Shown one piece after another: positions 27,743-39,985 of a DNA stretch of 64,000 nucleotides. The position numbers and the translations under genes are program-made. This DNA comes from Heterodontus francisci (taxonomy: Eukaryota), in assembly GCF_036365525.1 (NCBI RefSeq), contig NC_090406.1:29618854-29682853 (forward strand), given 5' to 3'. Position 1 is the first letter of the stretch, and each line of letters begins with the position of its first letter. The notes under the pieces are model-generated. The model was not told where the DNA came from, made no database searches, and saw only the letters and a program-made list of their open reading frames with translations.

Positions 27743-28428
27743 CAGGGTTGTCCAACCTTTCGCGTGAGGGGCCACATTACAATTTTTGTCTTACATAGGG
27801 GGCCGGTGAGACAATTTTGGAAAGATAAAGGCAGTAAAAATTTATCTTACTCTTAATCAAAGCAGCCAACAAATGTACATTTTGTGAAGAAGCTTTAAAT
27901 GAGAAAACTAATTTATTGACTTACTTTCTTGATCACTCTCTCTCTGTATCCCCCCTCTCTCTCTGTCCCTTCCTCTCTTTCCCCTCCCTCTCTGCCCTCT
28001 CCCTCTCTCTGCCTCCCTCCCTCTCTCTGTCCCTCCCTCTCTCCCTCAGAGAGTGGCAACACTCAGCAGATGGTTGATCAGGTTTTCTTTAAAACATCGC
28101 AAGTCAGTTTCGCTGCTGACAGTGGGAACAGCCATTCACCAACCGGACAGATTCAGGGTTTTCTGGCGAACTTTTAAAAAAACCCGAATCTGTCTGAAGT
28201 TTGGGGAACGGCTGTTCCCACTGTCAGCAGCTGTCAGCTGTGAAACTGACTTGCGATGTTTTTAAAAAGGCCGGTCTGCAAGAAGAAGACAAGGGGAAAT
28301 TTCCCATCTCCAGTCACTGAGACCTGGTGAGGATGAGGAACAGCCCCGGGTACAGTTTACACCCGCGGGCCAGATGGAAACCTTTGGCGGTGGATTCTGG
28401 CCCATGGGCCATATGTTGGACAACCCTG
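27743..28428. mobile_element. Non-autonomous hAT (Charlie-like) DNA transposon
   Basis: Perfect 14-bp TIRs CAGGGTTGTCCAAC / GTTGGACAACCCTG. 8-bp TSD TTGTACAA at 27735-27742 and 28429-28436. Confidence 0.9.
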
Positions 28429-28674
28429 TTGTACAATATCGGAATCACAGTATGGCACCAACTTGGATATCGTAAGGGAAACAGAGAGCCTGGTGTTTCT
28501 AATCTCAATACCAGTGTGAGCTGCTCCTAAAGCCCTGCATCTTTGTTTACATCCTGTTCTCCTGCAACAGTAGACAAGCTGTTTACATCATCTCTCAACT
28601 GATATGTTTACAATATCTCTTAATCAGCCAGACTCCTTAATAGTCTGGACATGATTGGGGTCGGGCAGACATAC

Positions 28675-28966
28675 CTTTTGTCAAGCAGTGTATTCCCACT
28701 TTCACCTTTGAGAAGTTCCCAATGCCAATCTCTCCCCGGAGTTGGTAAAATCCAATCCTTTTTCCAAGTATCAGTTCATTTTTCACTTCCTTGTTGTTCC
28801 TCATGTCATAAATAACTTTTTCAAAGGGTGTGAGTAATACGTTTTGCTTTTCTCCCTCCTCGTCATCATCCGTCTTGCATTGCACCAGCTGCTTAACACC
28901 TTCGGTCGGGCTGAGGTAACCCTTCAATCCCTCATTGTGAACAGAAAGCTTTGCTACAGCCATCAT
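28675..28966 (-). CDS. NIM1K: NIM1K-like kinase, coding exon 1 (the exon probably starts at an acceptor at 29360 and includes 5' UTR)
   Basis: MMAVAK..LTPFEKV..LGKRIGFYQLRGEIGIGNFSKVKVGIHCLTK; donor G|GTATG, phase 1. The three exons (292+269+750 nt) give 436 aa. Polypyrimidine tract + CAG acceptor at 29361. Confidence 0.92.
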
Positions 28967-29649
28967 TAAGCTTCACAGTTTAAAAAACATCTCAGTCAAA
29001 GCCTTCATGGAGAAGTTCCCCTCTCAAAGAAGTATCCTCTCTTGGAATAGTTGCTCCTTGTGGAGTCTCATCTCAAGAGAATCTTGACTCCTAATAATCT
29101 CCTTTCTCCAAAGACGCTTCCCAGACTTCAATACAATTTGTTAGTCTCTGTACTTCGGAAAGCCCAGATCTAAATGACCATGCCACAGAAGATGGCCGCT
29201 GTCAGTGTGATTGGAGTATTGCTACTTCATCTTCATAATCAGTTGACTGAAGGTTGAGCAACATTCACTTTATCTTCTACTCAATGACTGCATAGATTTT
29301 GGATGATGGGAGCACCTTCTTCAACTTCTAGATAACACCTGAAGATTCTCTGAGGTGACACTGGAGGAAAAATAAATTTATTTTCAGTAATGAGCACTAA
29401 GCAGATCTGTGGAAAGAGCTTTATATGATAGGTAGCCAAAAAAAATCCACGCTACAGCTTATAAAATAGCAAGAGATCTGCCCAGATAAAACTATCTTGT
29501 ATTTTGGGTGTTACAGGCAAACTGAGATTGGAATGTCTGTGTTCAACTGCTTGCACTTATTCAGTACTAAAGTTCTTCACAGAGGAGAAAACGAACCCTG
29601 AGCAGTGGCAGGAGGAGCAGGATCAAAGTCAAAAATAATGTCCTACGTG

Positions 29650-30590
29650 ACTGTTAGGTTGGGAACTATCTGTCCTCACCCTTCTTGACCTGACTGCGAC
29701 CTTTGACATGACTATCCTTCTCCAATGCCTCTCCTCTGATGTCACGTGGATGGGACTACCCTCACCTGGTTCCATTCTTTTTTCGATCCAATCATAAACC
29801 AGAGAATCTCCTACAATGGCTTCTCTTCCCACTCCTGCACCATTACCTCTGGAAGCCCGCAGGATTTATCCTTGATTCCCTCCTATTTCTGATCTATGTG
29901 CTGCCCCCCAGTAAAATCATCCAAAAACTAGTGAGATTCCACATATAAACTGAGCAGCCCCAGCTCCACCTCATTGCCACCTCTCTTGATCCCTCCACTG
30001 CCCATGATTAATCACGCTACTTGACTGGTATCCAGTATTGGATGAGCAGAAATTTGCTCCAGTTAAATATTAGGAATACAGGAATATTGTCTTAAGCCCC
30101 CGCCACAAACTCTGTTCCCTAGCCACCGATTCCACCTATTCCCTGGCCACTGTTTGAAGCTGAACCAGACCATTTACCAACTCAGTGCCCCCATATCTTC
30201 TCCAACACCAAAACTCCATAATATCCCCCATCTCTGTCCCCGCCTCAGGCCATTGGCTGCTGAAACCCTCATCCACACCTTTGTTAACCTCCAGGCTCAA
30301 CAATTCCAATACTTTCCTTGTTGACATCCCCATCTTCCACCCTCCATAAAGGTGAGCTTATCCAAAACTCTGCTGTCTGTATCCTAACTCATACCAGATC
30401 CCATTCTCCCATCACCCTGGTCCTGGTCTAGCAACACCTCAAATTTAATATACTCATTCTTGTGTTCAAATCCCTCACTGCTCCCTACCTCTGTAACCTT
30501 GTCCAGCCCGACAACTCTGCAAGAACTCTGCGTTCCTCCAATTATGGCCGCTTATGCATTTTCTTCACCCCACCAGTGGTGGTGTGCCTT
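29650..30590 (+). mobile_element. Decayed L2-like LINE 3' region
   Basis: Remnants of LLDLTATFD, WMSRNLLQLN and LIQNSA motifs. Confidence 0.6.
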
Positions 30591-32109
30591 CCCTTCAAGA
30601 ATGTAATTCCTGAAAGATCAGAATGTGTCTAGTTTTGAACATTATTGTGAAGGCAAAAGGAGAGCTTTGTGTAAATCAGGTGTTTGCATCATAAAATTCT
30701 ACATGTCTGATTTTCATGCAATAACTTATGCAAATTAACCTCTAGTGCCATTTATGCAAGATCACAGTGTGCTCGCAGAAAAGGCCTCTTGGAAAATCAT
30801 GTAATGCAAACGTGGAATGGAGAGCTGGCGAAATAGCTCCCCATGTAATTTCCAGCTCCTGCATGCCCAAAACCAATTGGCAAGAACAATGTTGGGCAAA
30901 TAATCTAGCCCTCAAACAGGAAAGGTGTGTTAGAGTTGGACGTGGAAGAGAAGATGCAGTGGTTGAGAGTGAGCATTTTTGGTGGGGAGGGGGCTGGTTG
31001 AACAGAGCCTGAGGAAGGGGTATCAGTGAAAATTGGGCTAGGTACAGGTAGTTGTGAAGCCAGGAGTTGGGTGGGGATAGTTGAGCACACAGACATACCT
31101 CGTGCATGAGATGAGCCTAAAGAGTCCAGGGGGAGAAAGAAAAGGGAAGAAATGTGCTGATTTGAAGAGTGATACAAGACCATTCAAGAGTATCAAGCTG
31201 TTGTCGGGGGTGGGGGGGTGGGGTGCAGAGGGGTGCAGGAGTGTTGTTTTGGGGAGGTCAGGTAGGGGAGGCTGAGACATTTGAATAGAATGTCTCCATC
31301 TGCAGGGACCAGTTGGATGATAGTTAGTTTCGATCCAATGCCAGGCAGGTGGGATCTGGAGCTGATGAACTGGTCAAGGTTTAGGGCCAGTTGGCTGATA
31401 TTCATAAGTATTCCCATGAAAGCTGATCTTGTGGATTGAGCTTGCGAGGAAGTTTGCAGCAGAGATTCTCTTTGCTCTCTGGGGCTGGAGCTTCATAGGC
31501 AGATGATGCAATTTGCATCCTGCAGGTTAACCAAAGGAGTCCTTTTTAGCCAATATGGCATGTTCTGTTCAACACTAAAACTCAGCCTCCCTCTTAGGTT
31601 TTAATGGGAGTTTTAGATGAGAGAAAACAATACAAGCTTGAAATTGATTAATCTTGAGCATATCTACAGGTTCCATCTTAATTGCTGTCAACAAGTAATA
31701 AACAAGGAAAAACAGTGTTAACACAGGGCCAGTGTGATAGTATGCATAAGAAGTATTTAAATAAAGCAAGAACTTGTATTTATATATCAGCGTATCACAT
31801 CCTCAGGATATTCTACAGTGCAAGCAATTAATTACTTATTGAAGTGTAGGTACTGAGGCAAATGTGGTACCCACTTTATGCACAGTAAATGAATAAATAA
31901 CTAATTAATCTGTTTTGGTGGTGTTTCATGGTGTAGTGTCAGCCAGGATACTGATGTACATCCTGGATTCTTTTGTGTCTACCTTAGTGGATGGACAGGG
32001 CCTCAATTTAACCTCTCATTTGAAGGATGGCACCTCCAACAATGCACCATTCCCTCAGTACTCCACTGAATTGTCAACCTAAACTGTGTCTGCAGCAGGA
32101 TTCCTGAAG

Positions 32110-33050
32110 AAATAAACCTTGCATTTATATAGCACCATTAATGTAGAAATACATACCATGGCACTTTACAGAGGCATAATCTGACAAAAATGGACCCTAA
32201 GACAAGGGAGGAGCAATTAGGAAAGGCATCTAAAAGCTTGGTCAGAAAGGTGGGTTTTAAGGAGGGTCTTAAAAAGGAGGGAGGTTCAGAGGCTGGGAAG
32301 TTTAGGAAGGAAATTCTAAAACATGGAGCCAAGACAGCTAAAGGCATGGCCACCATTGGTGGGGTGATGAGAATGGAGCGTGTACAAGAGACCAGAGTTG
32401 GAGGAATGCAGATATCTCAGAGAGTTGTAGGCTTGTAGGCAGTTAGAGATACCAAAGGGCGAGTCCATGAATACAAAGGTTCAAATTTCACATTGTTTTA
32501 CAATCCTCTAATGCTTCCTATATAGGTCAACAAGTACAGGGCAGAATAGTGAGTGATGGGGTATGGCCAGAAGAGTTTTGGATGAGCTAAAATTTCTGGA
32601 GGAGGTAGGAGCAGAAGCCAGCCAGGAGAACACTAGAATAGTTGAATTTGGAGGTGACAAAAGCGGAAGGTGGACTGAGGCAACAGCAAAGGTGAGCAAT
32701 GCTGTGGAAGTAGAAATAGGAGGTCTCTGTGATGGAGCAGATATGGGGTTGGTTTGGCTTGGGGTCAAATATGACATCAAAATTGCAAATAGTCTGACAC
32801 AATGGCTAGAGAGGAGAACAGAACAGGTGACAAGGGTACAGAGTGGTGGGTTTAAGGATGATGACTGCAATCATCCCACTGTTTGAGGAAACTGTAGCTC
32901 ATCTAGAACTGGGTATTGGACAAGCAGTCAGACAACACAGATAGTGGAGGAGCCAAATGGGTGACGAGGTAGAGCAGGGTGTTATCAGCATACTTGTGAA
33001 AGCTGACCCCATGTCCATGAATGATATCATCACAAGGCAGGACACAAGGT
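32110..33050 (-). mobile_element. Decayed L2-like LINE 3' region
   Basis: Similar to the other L2-like tails (48350-48685, 58130-58412). Confidence 0.55.
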
Positions 33051-33792
33051 GTCTTTGTAACTTTAGATGTTGGCCAAGCATAAAATGGCCTTCCTCATCG
33101 AGAACATGCAATACTACAAGAGCTGGCAGTGACAGTATCACTCTCCCACACTTTTTCAAGTGTCCCTTTAGCATTCCCTCTTTAAGGAAAGGAGCAGCTC
33201 AAATTCCCTAGAGTCAAAAAGGTCAGTACAATGGAGCCCTCAAAATGTATGCAAAGAAGCTAATGCAAACATGAGGCAGACCTTGCAAACAAAAAAAAAT
33301 GTTTGGCAAAAATGTTCCCTTTTCTGATGGCCTACTAACCTAATATTATCAGTAACGACTAGAAGTTCCCAGTTTATCAGGGTGTGGCCTCCAGCATCAA
33401 CAGAGCCTTGCCTGATGTCACAAAATCCATTCAAAGTCCTCAGGGAATTTGCATATTTGAATGAGCCCCATGCATGACTCCCGCCTCAAAAAAGTTCCAA
33501 TCCCAGGATTTGGATGCACGGTGTCCTTGACCTGAATTCGTAACCTTGCTGACTGTGTGTGATGCTTGCTGCTGGTGGTGGTGGTGGTGGTGATGGAGGT
33601 GTGGGGTCTGGTAAAATTATGGCTTCAACGTCTAAATGTAGGTGTGAAGAATGATTATTTGGGCAAAGTTCCAGAGGACTGCCTCTGCTTATTGAACTGT
33701 GTCCAAACAAAAGTCAGTGCCTATAGGACAGCAAGTTATATATAAAAAAAAGCTGGCAACTATACACACAGTATATAAAAAGAGTGCATTCA

Positions 33793-34150
33793 GATGACAG
33801 GGTAGATGCAGGCAGGATGTTCCCGATGGTGGGCGAGTCCAGAACCAGGGGTCATAGTCTAAGAATACGGGGAAACCATTCAGGACTGAGATGAGGACAG
33901 ATTTCTTCACCCAGACAGTGGTGAGCCTGTGGAATTCGCTACCATAGAAAGCAGTTGAGGCCAAAACATTGTATGTTTTCAAGAAGGAGTTAGATATAGC
34001 TCTTGGGTCTTCAAAGGGATCAAAGGGTATGGGGCGAAAGTGGGAACAGGTTACTGAGTTGGATGATCAGCCATGATCCTAATGAATGGCGGAGCAGGCT
34101 CGAAGGGCCGAATGGCCTACTCCTGCTCCTATTTTCTATATTTCTATGTA
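33793..34150 (+). mobile_element. CR1 3' end fragment
   Basis: ..RTRGHSL.. and 3' UTR GAAGGGCCGAATGGCCTACTCCTG with a TTTCTAT tail. Confidence 0.85.
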
Positions 34151-34664
34151 GTTCAACAGGTCAGACCACCACCGATGCAAACCAGCAGATTGGCATCCCT
34201 AGTGATTCAGGCTGAGCAGATTAGAGTCTTGATGGTGCAGGCCAGCAGATCGGAGTGCCTACTAGTGACAGCTCATCTGACCTACCAGGAAAGAAGTCTC
34301 TTCCTAATTCTCTCACTCTGCTGCTGTTTGTTGTGCTCCAATTATTGGACACTTTTCCTGTGACCAAGCCTAGTGCTCAAGAGGAGCTGCAAAATTTCTA
34401 TCCTGTCCCAACATCACAATTACCAAAGCTGGACTGTAGCTACACTTGGAGCTGGCAATATAGTAACGGAATCATAAGTAATTGGTAGGTAAGAGTAGGA
34501 CTAAGCTTCAGATTTTTAATGGTTCTTGGTATCAGTAAAGAAGCTCCTTGTGTCACATTGTTCCATTAAGTGTCAAGCAATTTGGTAATTGAGTAATTTT
34601 AGCATTGAATTAAATTTGCTATCAGAGAGAAAATACCATGTCACAATTTCACAAGATTAGTTAC

Positions 34665-34956
34665 CTGTTTAATTGAATTTATGTAATTTCTCTTTCTTTT
34701 CCATCTGCTATAGCTTATGTCAATCTGTCGGTTCTGTCTTGCCCCGTTGCTTGAAGTGCCTTCGTCCCCTGCTTCAGTATCTTCTGATGTCCTTTGTTCC
34801 TGTGTCAGCTGCACATGGTGGAGTCTGGAAAGGGCTTCAACCACCAGCGAATGCTGTGAAGAACAGACAGCGATAAGACTCTTCACTGGGTTAATCTAAT
34901 TCAGTCACTGACAGTCTTAAGAAGGAGGATTAATGGAGTTACTTTTCCTTTTTATA
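34665..34956 (-). promoter_or_regulatory. Putative TATA promoter and non-coding first exon of the NIM1K-like gene
   Basis: Minus-strand TATAAAAA at 34956-34949 and a donor AAACAG|GTAAC at 34665/34664, in non-repetitive sequence. Confidence 0.5.
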
Positions 34957-35269
34957 TCTGGCCTGGTTACTCTTAACAGGATTTCAAGAATTACTGCCTG
35001 ACCTGAAATGATTCGGCTCCATTTATTAAAATGTTCCATTAGCGGAATCATTTCCTTTAACCAAATGTAGACGAGCATTTTACAACAACATGTCATGTGT
35101 TGCTGGCCATGCCCTACAATGCAAAGCTCCTGAAACCACTTCTCAGTGTCAATGCTTCATTTCTCACACAAAAACACCAGCTTACACTGTTATACCTTCA
35201 ACATAGAAAAATATGTTCTAAGGGGCTTCACAGGAGCATAATCAGACAAAACCCGACACAAAACAAAAG

Positions 35270-35536
35270 GGGGTGAAATTAATCCATGCCAGCACCGTGA
35301 AACAGGTTCGTAGCAAGTCGGGAGTTTTCATTTTTCATTGACTTGGAAAATATTGCCAAGATTTTTAATTTCAAATCAAGTAAAAGAGACAGTGGGACTA
35401 GGAAACAAGTCTCCAAAAAGAGTTTGAACAATTATTCTGTGAACTTAAGTGTAAAGAAGATTGGGCACGGTGAAAATTCGGCTGCCGATTCGCTACAAGC
35501 CTGTTTCGCGCTGCTGGCATAGACCAATTCCACCTT
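35270..35536. mobile_element. Palindromic MITE-like element
   Basis: Imperfect inverted ends GGTGAAATT..ATGCCAGCA..GAAACAGG..GTAGC versus GCTAC..CCTGTTTC..TGCTGGCAT..AATTCCACC. Confidence 0.65.
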
Positions 35537-36043
35537 TGAGATTTTAGGAGGCGATGACAAAAAGCTTGACCAAAGAGGTGTGTAGTAAGGAGTGTATATA
35601 AAGTAGAAGAAGGTGAAGAACTTTAGAAAAAGAATTTCAAAGCTTAGGGCCTAGATGACTGAAGACAGGGCCACCAATATTGGGACAAAGTGAATCAGAG
35701 TGCACAAAAGCCAGAGCTGAAGGAACATGTGAGTTTTTTGTGTGTGTCAGTCCCCACTTCTCCCACAAAGATGCGCATATTTTTTTGGGTACACTTTTGT
35801 GTGTATATGTAATACCCATTCAAATCGTGTGTCTGTCTGTTTTATAACGTTCCTTGAGACATTTTACTACTTTGAAGGTACTACATAATAAAAGTTGTTT
35901 TTGTTGTTCACTTCTACCACTACAGTGTGTTTGGGGACCCAGATATACTTGTCTCCACCCCATGCTTTAAGTTCCTGTCCTGGCCTCTCTTTGGCAAACT
36001 CTTTCATCAGAGAGGCTGGGTCCACCATCTCTAATGCCATATG

Positions 36044-38218
36044 GAATAAAGACAAGAAATGCTGGAAATACTCAGCAGGTCTGGCAGCATCTGTGGAGAG
36101 AGAAGCAGAGTTAACGTTTCAGGTCAGTGACCCTTCTTCAGAACTAGCAGATATCAGAAATGTGAAAGGTTTTAAGCAAGAAAAGTAGGGATGGGGCAAG
36201 AGATAACAAAGGAGAAGGTGTAGATAGGACAAGGTCACAGAGAATAACCGACCAGAAGGTCATGGAGCAAAGGCAAACAATATGTTAATGGTGTGTTGAA
36301 AGACAAAGCATTAGTACAGAATAGGTGTTAACGGACTGAATATTGAACAGCCACAAGTACAAACATGAAAAAAAGTGGGTAGGCAAACTGAACAAACTAA
36401 GATAAAATAAAATAAAACAAACACAGAAAAAATATGAGAGCGGGGAGAGAGTTGAAATGGCAAGCAACTGGAAGCTCGGGGTCATGCTTTCAGACTGAGT
36501 GGAAGTGTTCCGCAAAGCAGTCACCCAGTCTGCGTTTGGTCTCCCCAATGTTGAGGAGACCACATTGTGAGCAGCGAATGCAGTATGCTACACTGAAAGA
36601 AGTACAAGTAAATTGCTGCTTCACCTGAAAGGAGTGTTTGGGGCCAGGGATAGTGAGGAGAGAGGAGGTAAATGGGCAGCTATTACACCTCCTGCGATTG
36701 CAGGGGAAGGTGCCATGGGAAGGGGACGAGGTGGTGGGGATAATGGAGGAGTGGATCAGGGTGTCACGGAGGGAACGATCCCTTCGGAATGCTGACAGGG
36801 GAAGGGAGGGGAAGACGCATTTGGTAGTGGCATCACGCTGGAGGTGGCGGAAATGGCGGAGGATGATCCTTGGGTTATGGAGGCTGATGGGGTGGAAATT
36901 GAGGACAAGGGGAACCCTGTCAAGGTTCTGGGAGGGAGAGGAAGGGGTGAGGGTAGAGGTGCGGGAAATGGGTCGGACACGGTTGAGGGCCCTGTCAACC
37001 ACAATGGGGGGGAATCCTCGGTTCAGGAAAAAGGAAGACATATCAGAAGCGCTATCATGGAAGGTAGCATCATCAGAGCGGATGCGTCGGAGATGGAGAA
37101 ACTGGGAGAATGGAATGGAGTCCTTACAGGAGGCAGGGTGTGAAGAAGTGTAGTCGAGGGAGCTGTGGGAGTATGTGGGCTTATAATGAATATTAGTAGA
37201 CAGCCTACCCCCAGAGATGGAGACAGAGAAGTCGAGGAAGGGGAAGGAAGTGTCAGAGATGGACCATGTAAAGGTGAGAGAAGGGTGGAAATTAGAAGCA
37301 AAGTTGATAAAAGTTTTCCAGTTCGGGGTGGGAGCAGGAAATAGCACCGATACAGTCATGAATGTACTGGAAAAAAAAGTTGGGGGAAGGGGCCTGAGTA
37401 GGACTGGAGCAAGGAATGTTCGACATATCCCGCAAAAAGACAGGCATAACTAGGACCCATGCGGGTACCCATAGCAACACCCTTTACTTGAAGGAACTGA
37501 GTGGAGTTGAAGGAGAAGTTGTTCAATGTGAGAACAAGTTCAGCCAAGTGGAGGAGGATGGTGGTGGATGGGGAATGGTTGGGCCTCTGTTCAAGGAAGA
37601 AGCAGAGAGCCCTCAAATCGTCCTGGTGGAAGATGGAGGTGTAGAGATATTGGACGTCCATAGTGAAGAGGAGGTGGTTGGGGCCAGGAAACTGGAAATT
37701 GTCAAAATGATGTAGGGCGTCAGAAGAGTCACGGATGTAGGTGGGAAGAGACTGGACCAGCGGCGAAAAGATAGAGTCAAGATAGGAAGAAATAGGTTCA
37801 GTGGGGCAGGAGCAGGCTGACACAATGGGTCTGCCGGGACAGTCCTGTTTGTGGATTTTGGGAAGGAGGTAGAAGCGGGCTGTCTGGGGTTGCTGGACTT
37901 TGAGGTTGGAAGCTGTAGAGGGAAGATCTCCAGAGGAGATGAGGTCACTGACAGTCCTACAGTCCTGTGGACAATCGCTTGAGGTTCGGTGGTGGGGTGG
38001 TGGTCCAGAGGAAGGGAGGAAGAAGTGTCTGAAAGTTGGCGCTGAGCCTCTACAAGGTAAAGATCGGTACGCCATTCAACAACAACTCTTGTCTGCAGGT
38101 TTGATGACCATGTTGGGGTTAGACCTGAGAGAACGGAGTGCCTCAAGTACAGAGGGGGACAGGTTAGAGTGAGTAAGGGGGGCAGAGAAATTGAGATGAC
38201 CAATGTCTCGCTGACAGT
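36044..38218 (-). mobile_element. Penelope-like retroelement (Neptune type), 5'-truncated, RT + GIY-YIG
   Basis: YLLPKIHK, PGRPIVS, TMDVQYLYTSI, GVAMGTRMGPSYA, YIHD, CNRRRCNSC linker, YCIRC..NIGETKRRL..EH. 14-bp TSD TCTAATGCCATATG at 36030-36043 and 38219-38232. Confidence 0.93.
36109..36145 (-). ncRNA. Minimal type I hammerhead ribozyme motif (intact core)
   Basis: Minus strand AGTT-CTGAAGA-A-GGGTC-ACT-GACCT-GAAA-CGT-T-AACT: stem I AGUU/AACU, CUGANGA, stem II, GAAA, palindromic ACGU in place of stem III, predicted cleavage after GUU. Confidence 0.8.
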
Positions 38219-38533
38219 TCTAATGCCATATGACCAGGATGAATCTAGTGTTCAGCTTTACAATGTATGTGGAACCCACCAGGGAAATCAGAAGCAGGAT
38301 TTTTACCTAGTCAGGTTGTCGTTACTATAAAAGGAGATGATCCAACTGTGTCCCAGCACTTATTGAGATCAGGTCATTAATGGCCTTTCAAGTGGCTATC
38401 CAGCATCACCTTTTCCATATACATCCCACCACAGGCACTGGCCACTGCCATTTAAATAAGGTGATTTCCCCCTGACACCAGATATTCTGAAGCAGCAGGC
38501 CCATGTATTTTCAGGGCTTTTTTTTTAGAACTT

Positions 38534-39460
38534 ACATAAGAACATAAGAAATAGGAGCAGGAGTAGGCCATTCGGCCCCTCAAGCATGCCCCGCCATTCG
38601 ACAAGATCATGGCTGATCCGCCCCAGACCTCAACTCCTCTTTTGTGCCAGCTCCTCATAGCCCTCAACTCCCCGATATTTCAAAAATCTATCTACCTCCT
38701 CTTTAAATACTTTCAGTGATCTAGCCTCCATAACTGTCTGGGGTAGAGAATTCCAGATATTCACTACCCTCTGAGAGAAGAAATTCCTTTACATCTCAGT
38801 TTTAAATGAGTGTCCCCTTATTCTGTAACTATGTCCCCTAGTTCGAGATTCCCCCACTAGTGGAAACATCTTCCCAACATCTACCCTGTCAAGCCTTCTC
38901 AGAATCTTGTACATTTCAATGAGATCACCCCTCATTCTTCTAAACTCTAATGAATAAAGGCCTAACTTGTTTAGCCGTTCTTGATAAGTCAACCCCTTCA
39001 TCCCAGGAATAAGCCTAGTGAATCTCTTTTGAACTGCCTCCAATGCCAATATATCCTTTCTTAAATGCAGGGACCAAAACTGTACACAGTACTCCAGGTG
39101 CAGCCTCACCAACACCCTAAACAGTTGTAACAAGACTTCCCTATTTTTAAACTCCAACCCCCTAGTAATAAAGGCCAAAATTCCATTTGCCTTCTTAATT
39201 ACTTGCTGCACCTGCATGCTAACTTTTTGTGTTTCATGTACAAGAACACCCAGATCCCTCTGTGCTGCAATTTTTTGAAGTCTGTCTCCATTTAAATAAT
39301 AGTCTGCCTTTTGATTCTTCCTACCAAAGTGCATGACCTCAATCTTTCCTACATTAAACACCATCTGCCTAATTTTTGCCCACTCACTCAACCTATCTGT
39401 AACCCCTTGCAGATTCCTTATGTCCTCATCACAATATGCCCTCTCACCTATTTTTGTATC
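38534..39460 (-). mobile_element. CR1 3' fragment
   Basis: ORF 38789-39391 is a CR1 RT C-terminus, with a TTCTTATG tail. Possible 6-bp TSD GAACTT (38528, 39461). Confidence 0.9.
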
Positions 39461-39674
39461 GAACTTGTTGCGAGTAGCTGCTCTGTTATAGGAAAGCTAC
39501 GAAATGGAAGGTTAGAAAGTCTAAGAGGGAGAGAGGATGAGAAAATTAACAAAATATATAGGTCCCAAATTTTCTTCAGGTCTGTGGAGCAGAACTTCTG
39601 CCCACTAATGATGAGTGCTGTTGACCATGATGGATTTTGAGGGTCAACTCTTCAGCAAAATGGTGGGCAACACA

Positions 39675-39985
39675 GGTAAAGCCTGGCTACCCGACCCAAA
39701 CCCGACCAAACCTGACTACATGTGTCGGGTTCGGGTCGGGTTGGGTCTGTATTCTGTGTCCAGCATTTGGGCTCAGGTCGGGTTGGACTGTACTGTTTTG
39801 TTTTGTATTGTTTTCTTTTTAAATCTATGATTTTTTTTCTGTTTCAATAATATGTTTGATATTTTCAGGTCGGGTCAGGCATGAGAAAAAATTAAAGGAC
39901 TCGGGCTCCGGTTGGGTTCGGGATGGCTGTTGTCGGGTCGGGCCTGGGTCGGGTTTTAATTTTATACCCGAGTCAGGCTTTAAAC
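39675..39985. repeat. (ACCCG/CGGGT)-rich repeat, probably the subterminal repeats of a non-autonomous DNA transposon
   Basis: Multiple ACCCGA and TCGGGT units in opposing orientation, forming a local hairpin. Confidence 0.5.
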
